Origin: Eledone cirrhosa | Lineage: Eukaryota | DNA: 64,000 nt | Assembly (NCBI GenBank): GCA_964016885.1 | Contig: OZ024743.1 | Location: 259,470,001-259,534,000, forward strand | Reading direction: 5' to 3' | Shown here: positions 1 through 12,901 of the stretch, in pieces | Layout of the letters: each line of letters starts with the position of its first letter | Numbering within the stretch: the first letter of the stretch is position 1 | Program-made: the position numbers and the translations under genes | The notes under the pieces: model-generated | Seen by the model: the letters and a program-made list of their open reading frames with translations, nothing else | Databases searched by the model: none | What the model was told of the DNA's origin: nothing

Positions 1-385
1 ATTATATACTAATAAATGACTACACAATGTTGTCTCTGAAAGAGACAAAGCGACAGTATATTTGAATACATATAAAAATGAGAAAACTCATCACTAGAAC
101 AGCAGTTAACACAGTTAAATGCTGTCAAAGAGAGCGATGGGCAAAAAATCCTCACAGGACAGAGACCAGTGGCTAGTGGTCAACAGATAGTCGATCCATA
201 AAGTGGGTGACAGGCACATCTGCCTATTACCCACCTTGTGGATTGTCTCTCTGCCCATCGCTGTCTTTGACTGCATTTAGCTGTTTTAACGGCTGTTCTA
301 GCGATGAGTTTTCTCATTTTTATATGTATTATACACTGACTTTAATCATTCAAATCTATATACACTGTGATCATGTAGGGTTCAA

Positions 386-592
386 TAATTGTTTCTACTT
401 TAGGCACAAGGCCAGCAATTACCCAGTGCATTACTGGTACTTTATTTTATCGACCCCGTAAGGATGAAAGGCAAAGTCAACCTCGGCGGGATTTGAACTC
501 AGATCATAAAGGGACGTAACTATGCTGGAAAGCATGGCGTCCGACCCTCTACCGATACTGTCAATCCACCGCCATGTAGGGTTCAATAATGC
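386..592 (-). mobile_element. tRNA-derived SINE (dominant family, CORE-like body), full length
   Basis: Minus strand has A-box-like TGGATTGACAGTATCGG, B-box GAGTTCAAATCCC and body TTGCCTTTCATCCTTACGGGGTCGATAAAATAAAGTACCAG; flanked by direct repeat catgtagggttcaataat (TSD). Confidence 0.85.
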
Positions 593-941
593 GCCATGCT
601 GAGGTGTGCAAACTTGGAGGCTACCTAGTTCACCTAAATATATTACTACACATATAAATAATAACACACGTAAAAATAACTTCCCAGTTGTGAAAGTTAT
701 CCTTCAATCAGTTATTCAGTGTGTAACTACTAACAACTAAAATACAGATGAATGCATATAGCAGTCAGTGTAACGTTAGAGAACGACAGACGACAGACGA
801 CACAAGATCGTGTGTTATCATTATACACGCCATTACAGCCGCTATTACAGATACGCGATATGTCTTGATAAATGACACCCAATACATTTCAGTCATCACC
901 ATCGCCATCATCATCATCATATATTCGTCATTATTATTATT

Positions 942-1055
942 CTCAGTTCAAATCCCGCCGAGGTTAATTTTGCCTTTGATCCTTACGGGGTCGATAAAAT
1001 AAAGTACCAGTAATACACTGGGTAATTGCTGGCCTTGTGCCTAACGTAGAAACAA
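942..1055 (+). mobile_element. 5'-truncated SINE of the dominant family
   Basis: B-box AGTTCAAATCCCGCCGAGG through GTAGAAACAATTATT tail. Confidence 0.8.
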
Positions 1056-1070
1056 TTATTATTATTATTA

Positions 1071-1400
1071 TTCATCTGCCTGGTGGCCATGACGAAAGAG
1101 ATTGTGTGGTGGACAAGGTTGAAAGGGTTGAAAACGAACACTTTCCTCTCCGGCCAATCTCTGATTAACTTTTTTAAGTTTCACTGTGGGTGGAAAGGCA
1201 AATGCTGTCTTCTAGTAAGTTTGTTGAAAGGTGGGTGAAAGTGGCGAATCTGGTCCGAGTGAACTCTGAGTATGCGCTTGTAGACTGAGGAGTGGGAAAA
1301 AAACTGAGAGAGGGCGCTTGCCCGGGTGGTCAGGGTGGCCGTGGTCTTTTGTGTGGTTTTTGCTCGCTCTCAGTGAGTCGCTTTATTTACCTGTTATAAT
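1071..1400 (+). mobile_element. Tx1-like LINE 3' fragment
   Basis: Highly similar to 4878-5190 (ttcatctgcctggtggccatg...gtagactgaggagtgggaaaa); starts directly after an (ATT)n tract. Confidence 0.8.
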
Positions 1401-4400
1401 TATGTATTGCTTAATTTTTCTTGTTGTGTAAGGGATATAAGCCCTTGAAATTTGCCCTGTGAAGGGGCAAGTATAATATTTGGGCCTTTTGACCCAAATA
1501 TTTACGCAATATTTGAACATTTTACTTTCGAAAATTAAAAAAACAAAAAAAAACATGGCTGAGCTACGCCCCTCCCCCCCCCCCCCAGCAATATGTCTGC
1601 TGTCGTGTGACAACGGCGTAAAAGTTGAGAGGAGGGTTAGTGAAATTCATACAACAAAAACCACCACAAACAACGTGAACAAAGACAACAACACTGAGAA
1701 CACTAATTTAAAAAAAATTACAACACTAACAGCGTCAACCAAAATACAGACAACAGAAAAAAATGACAACAAATGCAACTACGTATTAACACCACTAACA
1801 AGAACATAAACAATGACAACACCAACAGCAACAATACAGATTGCACCGAAAACAACAACAACGGTGGCACCAAATAAACAACCAACTACAACAGTGATAA
1901 CAGCAACAACACCAACATCACCGTTTGTAGCAGTAGCAACAGCAACAGCACCAACAAGTCCAGTAGCAGCAGTAGCGGCAGCAATAATAGTGCCGCTGAA
2001 AAAGGGGTCACTTCTCTCGCAGGTGTGGCCCGAATTATAAAGGTAGTGCTAGTCACAGAGGAGGAGATCGCAGTCGCAAGAGCCATGGTAACAAGGAATG
2101 AAAATAGAGTTTCCCTGAAACCTCCACCCGATTTCTTCAAAGACCAGCAGCTGCACACGGTGACTTACCGCACTGTAAGCAAGATGTCACATCGGCTGGA
2201 GTGATGCACGGAGGCTCAAATCCAAAAGGCCTTGGGGTGCGTCTGGGCGCACAAAACCCACATCACCCGAGCAAAAAGTACGCCACAGTAGACGTACTTT
2301 TCGCCACACCCCAAGAGGCGAAGTCTCACTCTGCGGGCAGAAGATTGTGAGGGTCAAGGTGACCCAGGCCCCGCCCATACCTTGGCTGGCCGCGTCTGTA
2401 CTGGATGGAATTGAGGAGAAGACCACCATACTGCAAATACAGAGAATAGGAAGAGATAATTGGTCAGGAATAGGCATGCAAATGCTAATACAGACTGACC
2501 AGAAGTGCCTCAAGGCCATCCCAGAAGAAGGACTCCAGCTCCCTATAAGCGTGGAGGGTAGGCGCCCAAAGTGCTATCTAGATGGTTAGAAAGGTCACCC
2601 AAGGGCTTTCTGCCCGCAGAAGACAGCCAAGAAGAGGGCCCTCCTCCTTTCGACGCCAGATCCGCTGCTGCCAAGAGCAGGGCAGGAAACAGAGGCAGAA
2701 GACCTTTCCATGGTGAATAGGAGGCAACTTCTGTGGCACCCATAACAAGGCCACGGACAACTAAAACAGCGGCAGCAGTGGGGACAACACCATCAGTCGC
2801 AGTAGCTACACCAGCGGAAAAATCGAGTAGAGGGAGAGTTAGTTAGAAAGCTAGAAGAGGCGTTTAGGACAGGCATCGCAACCGATGTGCTTGCGCCGAG
2901 ATTGGCACCCGACCAATTCTTCAACGCAAAGCATGAAGGTTGCGTTGTCAGAACTAGAGTGCGTGCTCTAAGACACGAGGGGACGAAAGCCGTTCAATGG
3001 TCCCGGGTGGTGGAGACGCGACGTGGCAACAAGTCCACAATTCGGTCTTTGACTGATCAAAACGGCCGCATGTTGCTCGAACCCAAGCAGATGTGCGCGG
3101 CTTATACAGCACTTTGCTCAATTGTTCGGGAACGGCGGCCAGCCGGATCGGAGTATGGACTTCGGTGCATACCTCGACGGACTGCCGCGGCTCTCGACGA
3201 CCGCAGCGCAGTGCTGCAAAAAGCCGATAACAACAGGTGAAATACGGGAAGCGATGTCTGATTGCACGACGGGTAAATCGCCAGGTTTGAATGGTCTGCC
3301 CTACGAGCTTTATGCGTATATGCCAGACTTGTTCGGCGACCTCTTGGTAGGTGTCTACTGCAACTGGCAGCAGAACGGATGCATTCCCAGCTTTGTGAGC
3401 CGCGGAGCGGTGGTGCCGCTGAGAAAAGACCCGAACAAGGGGGACGTTATAGACAACTTCAGGCCCATAACTCTGCTAAACGCAGAGTTTAAGATTTTGA
3501 CCAAGGTGTTAACAAAGAGATCTGGTGGAAGAGGCGCAGACATGCGCCGTTCCGGACAGATCCATCCACGACAACCTCCATCTGATGCGATACATAATAG
3601 AGAGGGTGGTTATGTTGGGGCGCTGATCAACTCGGATCAATCTAAAGCATTTGATAGGGTCGACCATCGGTACCTGGCTGAGGTCCTCGAGGCGGCCGGC
3701 TTCGGGTCCGTTTTTAGGGGCTGGATCGCTGCGATACACAGCGACATCTGCTCGATTGTGAGGGTGAATGGTCACCTGTCGCAGCCTTTCAGCATCATGC
3801 GCTCGGTCCGCCAGGGTTGTCCCTGTCGTCCCTCTTGTACGTACTGGCCCTAGAGCCGTTACTGCACAAATTGCTGACGATGAGGGGTGTCCCACGCGAA
3901 CTGGGATGCGGGAGATCCGTGTCAGCTTACGCCGACGACGTCACCGTGGTGGTGTCGAGCACCAAACACGTCCAGATGCTCGGCACCGTTCTCAAGGAAT
4001 ACGAAGCGGTGACAGGAGCAAAGATAAACCAGGAAAAGTCGATGGTCTTGCAACTCGGCACCTGGAGAGGCAAGTCCATGCCGTCCGACAGAGTTGATGG
4101 GCGCTGGACGGAAGGAACGGTTAAATTGCTCGGGGTCTGGTTTCGTCCGGACCTCCAGATGGAGAAATACTGGAGCGAGATGACGAGCAGGGTGGCCTCT
4201 CTCACCCAGAAATGAGCCGAGAGGAGGCTGTCTCTGAAAGGTCGGGTGGAGGTGGCGAATGCGTACATAGCGTCCGTCATCTGCTACCGCCTGACCGTCG
4301 TACCTTGCCCCGCACAACTCTGACAAAAATGGAGCGCCTTCTCTTCCGCTTTTTGTGTAAGAGACCTGTTCCCATGGTTAGATGATCTATTTGCTGTCAA

Positions 4401-5335
4401 CACCCGTTACGTGGAGTACTAGGCATACCGTGGCTGATGATGCGCAAACATGCACTGGGGCTGCGACATCTCTGGTGCTTCCTTGACGGTGAACAGGTGT
4501 GGTTGCTGTTTGCCAGACGCGCTTTCCCCAGCTCATCTCCTTGACGGGGCTGCAGTCCTGGATAAGGAAAAGACAGAGGGATAGCGCTGGAATGTCTCCA
4601 AGCGCTCACCGCCCTTTACCAGCTGGGCACTAGTATCGGTGGAACATCCACCTCGGCGTTCTATAGAGTGCTAGTGGGGGGAAAGAGCGACGACGTTCTC
4701 GGGGAGACCCTGGGCGTCGAAGACGATCAGCTGTTCGCCTTGTTCAAGCGAACTTTCAGACCAGGGCGTATGGACAACTTCCAGAAATCCCTGGCCTGGC
4801 AGGATCCGGTTATCGACTGAGTGCATTGTGCAGATGGCCTCACCATCCTCCTTTAAAGGGGAGGAAGGGCAGGCAGTTTTCATCTGCCTGGTGGCCATGG
4901 CGAAAGAGATTGTGTGGTGGACAAGGTTGAAAGGGTTGAAGACGGACACTTTCTCTTCGACCAATCCCTGATTATCTTTTTCAAGTTTCACTTGAAGAGG
5001 AAAATCAGAGTAGAAAGGCAAGTGTTGTCTTTTAGTAAGTTTGTTGAAAAGTGGGTGAAAGTGGCGAGTCTGGTCCGAGTGAACGGGCCCGCTCTGTGTA
5101 TCCGCCTGTAGACTGAGGAGTGGGAAAACTGAGAGAGGGCGCTTGCCCTGGTGGTCAGTGTGGCCGTTGACTTTTTTGTGTGGTTTTCGCCACGAGTGAC
5201 TCTCGGAGGTTTCCCTTTTTTGGAGAATTTTTGTTGTTTTAATTTTTTTGATTTCTAGACCGATTTTGTCATGACCTCTTTACAAGACCAAAACCCACTT
5301 TGTATCGCCCTGTACTGTTCTGTGCTGTCTCTAAT
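1400..5335 (+). mobile_element. Tx1-clade LINE, copy A (decayed, endonuclease region deleted)
   Basis: Thr-rich ORF1 remnants with degenerate knuckle GRRPKCY...GH...C; ORF2 fragments GKSPGLNGLPYELY, FRPITLLN, DQSKAFDRVDH, SVRQGCP, AYADDV, KLLGVW; joins at ~2820 to sequence matching 8576 of copy B. Confidence 0.85.
2825..5111 (+). pseudogene. Frameshifted Tx1 ORF2 reverse transcriptase
   Basis: RT motifs split across ORFs 2887-3240, 3122-3853 and 3817-4215 with stops. Confidence 0.85.
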
Positions 5336-5344
5336 GTACTCAGA

Positions 5345-6060
5345 TCTTATCGATTCCTTCATTTTTTTTTGTTCTTGATGTCATCTGCCTACAGAAGACC
5401 CAAATACTTGTATCCTTCTTCAGTGTCAATTTCCTTTATCATCTCACCTCTTGGTACCTGGATTCCGTTGCTTCTGCTCAATTTACCCCTCTTCATCACA
5501 AGGACTCCACACTTATTAATACCAAATTGCATACATATATCATTGCTGAAAATACGGACAGTGTCAACAAGTACATCCAACTCCTTCTCACTCTTCCCAA
5601 AGAGTTTAAGATCTTCCATGAAGAGGAGGTGGTTGATGGTAAGCTCTCCTCTTCCCAACTTGTATCCTGCTCTCACCTTTCGCAATATAACGGTCAGGGG
5701 TATCAGGGCAAGGACAAACAACAGAGGGGACAAACTATCTCCCTGGAAGATACCTCTCTTGATCTTCACGCCTCCTAAGGATTCTCCACCCGATGTTAAT
5801 TCTGTTTCCCAGGACTTCATACTTTTGCTCAACAACTGTCTGATATTAGCTGACACCTTGAAGATCTCTAGGCTTTTGGTTATCCAAGAATGAGGTACCA
5901 TGTCGAATGCCTTTTTGTAATCTATCCATCCCATGGCAAGACTAGTGTGTCTCCTCTTGTAATTACTCATTACCATCTTATCAATAAGTAACTGGTCTTT
6001 TGTACCACGGGGCTTCTTTCGGCATCCTTTCTGTTCGTCCGGTAACAAGTTGTTTATGTG
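5345..6060 (-). pseudogene. R4/Dong-like non-LTR retrotransposon RT fragment
   Basis: ORF 5389-6048: [58 protein letters not shown]. Confidence 0.85.
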
Positions 6061-6074
6061 GAGGTAATGGTAGA

Positions 6075-6076
<2 letters not shown>

Positions 6077-6118
<42 letters not shown>
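6077..6118. repeat. (TTA)n microsatellite
   Basis: Direct reading; abuts the 5' end of Tx1 copy B. Confidence 0.95.
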
Positions 6119-9100
6119 GGCGACCTATGTAGTAAATCGTATTATCGTGAGCTCCGCAAAGGTTTGTTGTTTTCAGTTGTTTAAAATTGCCATTTATGGA
6201 AAATGTTTATTGTTAACTGTATATAAATGCACATACATTGTTTTCTGAAAAGGACACTCAAAAAGATTTGGGCCTTGAGCCCAAAATTTAAACTTTTATA
6301 ATTATCAAACAAAAATTTCTTTGAAAAAATCATGGACATCTCACAGTCACACCTTCCTCACAAACTAACACCTCACACCGACACCACCATTGTAAATATT
6401 ACTACGTTTGCCAACACTAAAAATATAAGCAGTAGCAATAATTTAAATTTGTCTCATGCATACATTCATTTCCCGCCATTACCAATGACTGATGTGTTAA
6501 AGCCGCCACCCCCAAAACCACCACAGCGACAACAGAAACAAAAGAAAAAAAAAAAAAATATCTGGTGACATCGAAATGGTTTCACCCAGAATGGAATCTT
6601 CCACACCGAACACCACTGACGCCACCACCAACACAACTGAAACTTCAAATAACAATAACAAAAATAACGATAACAACAACAGCAACAACAGCAATGAGAA
6701 CGAGAAAACCACCCTGTCTTTTGCCAGAGTAGCAAAAAAGTGCTAAGCAATCCAGGTAACTCAGGAGGAATTAGATGAAGCTAAGAGAATGGTAAAGAAC
6801 TGGTCCGGATCTGGGATGGAGCTCCTGATGCAAGCGGACCAAAACTGCATTGAGGAGATCCCAGAGGTAATAGACCTCACTGACGAGGGCAGCCACCTCA
6901 CCGTAATCGTCGATGGCAGAAGGCCTAGGTGTGTCGTTTGTGGTGAAGGAACCCACTAGCAGCAATAACAGAAGCAACTGTAACAGCAACAACCACAGCA
7001 ACAGTAGCAAAACCAACACCACCACCACTCAACGCGCTAGAACTAGCACCTGCGCCTACACCATCCACCACGCCACAACCAAAACCAACGCCTGTGGAGG
7101 ATTTTCAATTCCCCGACCTATTGCAACTGGAGACAGATTGTGACGACGAGGAGTGGGAAACGGTATCAGGAAAAAAGAAAAAAAGAAAAAGAAACCAAAA
7201 AAGAAAAAAATCCTCTTTCTTCACCCCTCCAAAAACAAAATACAGAGGGAAACAAATAAACTATCAAACAAACAAGTAGGACAGCTATGCCACCATCCAC
7301 ACCAGCATCACCAACCCATCACCACAAACACCAACATCATCATCATCATTAACCCCAACGCCACCATCATCAACACCACAAAAGTCACCAAAAAGCGAAA
7401 CAGAAACAAACCCACATCAAACGCGAAAAAAACAAAACAACCAAAACGATACACGTTACACAGCATTAAATTTGAACAACAACCAATTATTACACTACAT
7501 CCAACACAGCACCAGCATCACAGAAAAAGACTACACAACAACCCAAAAGTTCACACCTCCTCCACACATACAAATCACTCGCATTACACAGAAAACGTAC
7601 ACGACACTAAAACAAAAATTCCCCAAAGACATCGGAGACTTCCGACAAGCACTCTCCAGGAGGATTTATAAGGACATCCTTCCGGAGGAGGTCACAAGCA
7701 GTGAAAAGGATGGAGAAACCATCCTTCCTCTACGAGAAGTAAGGTAAGTGTATTTCTCATCTTTTCCACTCCATTTGAATATGACCGCACTCAGAATAGG
7801 CAGCATAAATGCGCGTGGCTTGGGATTGTCATGGAAGCATGGCCACCTGCTCAACGACCTCAGGTCACTAAACATAGATGTAGTGGCCATCAGCGAGACC
7901 AGAATCTCCGAAGCACGGGCCTTCGCACCGATCTTCGGCGGCTACGATGTGTACGTATCTCCCAGCCGTCCTGGACGGGGGGTGTACTGTGCTTTTTCGG
8001 AGAGGTTGGATTTCGCCATACCGGCCATCTTCCTGGACCCAGAAGGTAAGTTGGTGGTGATGGACGTGACCAGCGGAGACGGGTAAGCTTTCAGGCTAGT
8101 GGCCGTCTATGCCCCGACAGGAGCAGGGCGGCCTGAATTCTTCCGGAGTCTGGAGACCTTTCTTGGAACGTCCCGCTCTTTAGTGTTAGTGGGCGACTGG
8201 AACGGAACCTTAGATGCACGCTGGGACTGTGTGGGATTAGCGGATAGGGGAGGAGGGTGCAAGAGCCTCACCAACCTGCTCAGGCGTTTTGAACTGTCTG
8301 ACAGATACCGATTGGATTTCCCGAATGTGCCAATGTGGACTTGGACAAACCGCATAGGGTCATCCAGATCATATCTAGATAGAGTATTTTGTAGGGAAAT
8401 AGATAAGTCTAGCATAGGCTGTCCACAATTCAAGATAGTCAGCTACACGGACCACAAATTTGTGATTTGTGTGCTTGACATAGATGGGGGCCATCGTCAA
8501 CAACAAATGGTGATTTGCTCTGAAAAGAGCGATTAGAATAGAGTCCATTAAGTTTAGTAAGGCTTTAGCAATAGAGAAAAATAGAGCAGAGGGAGAACTA
8601 GTTAGAAAATTAGACGAGGCACTTAGAAAAGGCATCGCGACCGAAGTACTTGCGGCGAAATTGGCCCTTGACCAATTCCTCAATGCAAAGCACGAAGGCT
8701 GCGTTGTCAGAGCGAGGGTGCGTGCTCTCAGACACGAGGGGACGAAAGCCGTTCAATGGGCCCGAGTGGCGGAGGCGTGTCGTGGCAACAAAGCCACGAT
8801 CCGGTCTTTGGTGGACTACGACGGGCGCATGCTATTCGATCCCGGGCAAATGTGTGAAGCTTTTCAGCGACACTTCGCTCAGCTGTTCGGGGGCAGCGGC
8901 GGGCCGGATCGAGGGATAGACTTTAGTGTCTACCTCAACGGACTGCCGCGGCTCTCGGCCACTGAGGCGGAGTGTTGCGAAAAGCCGATAACAGCCGCTG
9001 AAGTACGGGAGGCAATGACTGGCTGCACAAGGGGTAAATCGCCTGGTTTGGATGGTCTGCCCTATGAACTTTACGTACCGATGCCAGACTTGTTCGGAGG

Positions 9101-11316
9101 CCTCTTGGCGGACGTCTACTGCAACTGGCAACAGAACGGGATAATTCCCAGCTCTGTGAGCCGAGGAGCGGTGGCGCTGCTGAGAAAGGATCCGAACAAG
9201 GGGGATAACATAGATAATTTCGGGCTATAACTCTGCTAAACAAAGAGTTCAAGATTTTGGCCAAGGTGCTAGCAAAGAGGTTGGCGCTTATCGTTGGTGG
9301 TCTGGTGGCAGAGGGGCAGATATGCCATTCCCGACAGATCCATCCACGACGACCTCCACCTCATGCGATACCTCGTAGAGAGGGTAGCTAGGGAACCTGG
9401 CACGGGTGGGTCCTTGATCAATTTAGATCAGTCGAAAGCTTTCGATAGGGTCGACCATCGTTACCTAGCGGCAGTCCTGAGGGCGGCTGGCTTTGGGCCC
9501 GTCTTCAGAGGCTGGATCGCTGCCATGCACAGCGACATCTGCTCTGTGGTGAGAGTGAAAGGTCACCTTTCCGAACCGTTCAACATCATGCGCTCGGTCC
9601 GCCAAGGATGTGCCCTCCGGTATCTCTTGTACGTATTGACTCTCGAGCCATTACTGCACAAACTAGACACGTTGAGGGGGTCCTACGCAAACTAGGATGC
9701 GGAAGATCCGTGTCAGCATATGCGGACGATGTCACCGTAGTCGTGTCGAACGCCAAACACATCGAGGAGATCGGCACTACACTAAGAGAATACGAAGCGG
9801 TGATAGGAGCAATGATCAACCAGGAAAAGTCAGTGGGCCTGCAGCTCGGCACCTGGAAAGGCAGGTCCATGCCGTCCAACAGCGTCGTCGGGCGCTGGAC
9901 GGACGGACCGGTTAAATTGCTAGGGGTCTGGTTCGGTCCGGACCTCCAGACGGACAAAAACTGGGACGAGGTGACGAGCAGGGTGGCTTCTCTCACCCAG
10001 AAATGAGCGGAGAAGAAGCTATCCCTGAAAGGTCGAGCGGAGGTGGCTAATGCGTACATCGCGTCCGTCATCTACTACCGCCTGACCGTTGTACCTTGTC
10101 CTAAGCCAGCCTGACTGCGCTGGAGTGTTTTCTCTTTCACTTTTTGTGGAAGGGACGTGCTCCGATTGTCAGGCGGTTCATCTGCTGTCAACAGCCGCTA
10201 TGTGGAGGGCTGGACATGCCGTGGTTGATGATGCGCAGACACGCGCTCAGGCTACGACATCTCCACCTCTTCCTCGACGGTGATCAGGTGTGGTCGCCGT
10301 TTGCTAGACGCGTCTTTCCCCAGATCGTCTCCTTGACGGAGCTACAGTCCTGGGTCAAGCGAAGACCGAGAGGGACCGCTTAGAGACTGGAATGACTTCA
10401 GGCGCTCACAGCCCTCGACCAATCGGGCAATGTGATCGGTGGAAACTCCACCTTAGCGTTCTATAGAGGATTAGTGGAGGGGAAGAGCGACGACGTACTT
10501 GGAGAAACTCTAGACGTCGACGAAAATCAACTAGCCAATCTCTTCGAAGAACTTTCGGGCCAGAAATCCCTGGCCTGGCAGTGCTACCGCGGAGCTTTGC
10601 TAGTTCGGGATAAACTCTACAGGCATGGAGGTGCCGTCAGTCGGGCATGTCCGAGATGCGCGCAGGGCGACGAAACTGTCCTGCACGCACTCGTGCAGTG
10701 TCCGAGCATTGCTGACTTGTGGGTTTATGTCGAACACCTGCTGTCACGTGAAGAACGGATCCAGCTATCAGCTGAGTCCATCGTGAGGATTGCTCCGCCC
10801 TCTTCCTTTAGCTGGGAAGGGCAGGCAGTTTTTATCTGTCCGGTGGCCATGGCGAAAGAAATAGTATGGTGGACACGTTTGAAAGGGCTGAAGACGAGCA
10901 CTTACCTCTTCGGTGATGCCCTGATTAACTTTTTTTCAAATTTCATTTGAAAAGGAAAATCAGGATAGAGAGGAAAATGCTCTCTTCCCAGCATTTTGTT
11001 GAAAGATGGGTGAGAGAAGCAAGTATGGCCCGAGTGAATGGGCCTACGCTGAGTATGTGTCTGTAAATTAAAGGTGGAAAACTGGGAGAGGGCTCTTGCC
11101 TTGGTGTTCAGGGTCACTGTGGCCTTTTAATGGGCTTTCTCGACAAATGTCTCTCGGAAGTCTCCCCCCCTATTGGGAATTTTTCATTGTTATTTTTTTG
11201 TTACATCCTGTTTTTGTTTCTTTTACATGCAGAAATGCCCATTTGTACCGTCCTGTATTGTCGTGTACTGTCCTTAATGTCTACTTTATGTAAACCCTTG
11301 TGGTTAATAAAGAAAG

Positions 11317-11370
<54 letters not shown>
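6119..11370 (+). mobile_element. Tx1-clade LINE, copy B, near full length but inactivated
   Basis: 5' UTR, low-complexity ORF1 remnants (GRRPRCVVCGE.TH knuckle), ORF2 with APE endonuclease, RT and C-terminal CPRC..ETVLH...C, 3' UTR with AATAAA and (TTA)n tail at 11319-11370. Confidence 0.9.
7780..11067 (+). pseudogene. Tx1 ORF2 (APE endonuclease + RT + Cys-rich domain), frameshifted
   Basis: MTALRIGSINARGL, ISET, VYAP, GDWN, SYLDR, TDH; DQSKAFDRVDH, RQGC, AYADDV; several frameshifts and stops. Confidence 0.9.
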
Positions 11371-11372
<2 letters not shown>

Positions 11373-11690
11373 CCAGCATTGTGTTGAAAGATGGGTGAGA
11401 GAGGCAAGAATGGCCCGAGTGAATGTGCCTACTCTGATTATGTGTCTGTATATTGAAGGTGGAAAACTGTGAGAGGGCGCTTGCCCTGGTGATCAGGGTC
11501 ACCGTGGCTTTTTTAATGGGCTTTCTCCACGATCACCCTCGGAGGGAGAACTTTTCATTGTTCTTTTTTTGTTACATCCTCTGTTTTTTTTTTTTTTTAC
11601 ACTCAGAAATGCCCAGTTGTACCGTCCTGTATTGTCCTGTACTGTCCTTAATGTCTACTTTGTGTAAAGCTTTGTGGTTAATAAAGAAAG

Positions 11691-11724
<34 letters not shown>
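11371..11724 (+). mobile_element. Second 5'-truncated Tx1 3' end with its own (TTA)n tail
   Basis: Diverged repeat of 10985-11370 placed directly after the first (TTA)n tail. Confidence 0.85.
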
Positions 11725-12079
11725 GATTAATGCAAAGAAGAGCAGCAGCCATATCATTTAATGTAAATCCAAAAAGCCAACCAACCTAGAAACATTTTAA
11801 AAGGACACGTGAACTTCCTTCTCTCGATTCTGGTGCAACATATTAAAAGGAAAATGAGATTTTTTTAATCATATGGACTGATTTCATTAAACGGTCCGTG
11901 GAATACACTTAATTGATTAGTTAGAACATATTTTGAAAATAACAGCACGTATGTATTGTATGTATCTATGTATGTATGTATGTATGTGTATGTATATATA
12001 TGTATGTATTCATGTTGTATATACATTTATGTATATATATATATGCATGCATGTTGTATATATATATATGCATGCATGT

Positions 12080-12127
<48 letters not shown>

Positions 12128-12129
<2 letters not shown>

Positions 12130-12858
12130 ACAACACACGGTTTTTCGTGGTGTATTGTTTCCGTTCTTGTTGATTGTCTTCCTGACACCTAGGGTAAATA
12201 AACTCACTGTATACATTGAAAATCTGAATTCTGACACCCCAGCGAACTAACCATATTCACTGAACCAGAACAATTCTCCCATCCCTATCTCTTGACCATT
12301 ATCTTTCACTTATCAAAAAATTCTCTAAAAAGGCTACAGAATGGATTTCCAAATAAGGGCACAAAAATTTAATGAAAATTTGTTCACGTGACAGCCATAA
12401 TTTCATTTATAACCAACCAAAAAAAAAGCCTTCGCGAGCCTCCTTTTTCAAGTAAAAAGAAATTCAAACACTCATATATGAAAATACAACCTGTGACAAC
12501 CCCCCTCCCCTCTTATTTGAAGAACTATTGTAACGCGAACTGGCGCGAAATTTATTATAATTATTGACAAATCAATCAAATTACTTCTCGAAAAACCTGG
12601 CATTTCGAGCCACTTTTTCCATATAAAACAAGTAACATTCAGAGACCAACCAGATGTGAGAAAAACCACAGACCCTCCATCTCAACTCACCTTTTGAAAA
12701 GCAGAAAAACTGCGAAACCGGTAAAGGAACCAAATAAATATATATATTTAAAAAAAAAATAAGACTCCAGTTGCATTTTCGATTTCATCTCTTTTTCTTT
12801 ATACTTTCACTCGTGTAGGACACCTCGGTTATTTTTCATTTTGTAAAAAAAACCTCAC

Positions 12859-12865
<7 letters not shown>
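12128..12865 (+). mobile_element. PLE-like terminal-repeat (pLTR) fragment in (TA)n
   Basis: 12421-12865 is near-identical to 61881-62325; carries an HHR motif; flanked by (TA)n on both sides. Confidence 0.6.
12690..12727 (+). ncRNA. Minimal type-I hammerhead motif, U3:A8 variant
   Basis: CCUU-UUGAAAA-GCAG AAAAA CUGC-GAAA-CCGG-UA-AAGG: stems I and II pair perfectly, palindromic CCGG loop III. Confidence 0.7.

Positions 12866-12901
<36 letters not shown>

Noticed and set aside
5300-5893. 197-aa plus-strand ORF
   Set aside because: Antisense to the R4-like RT
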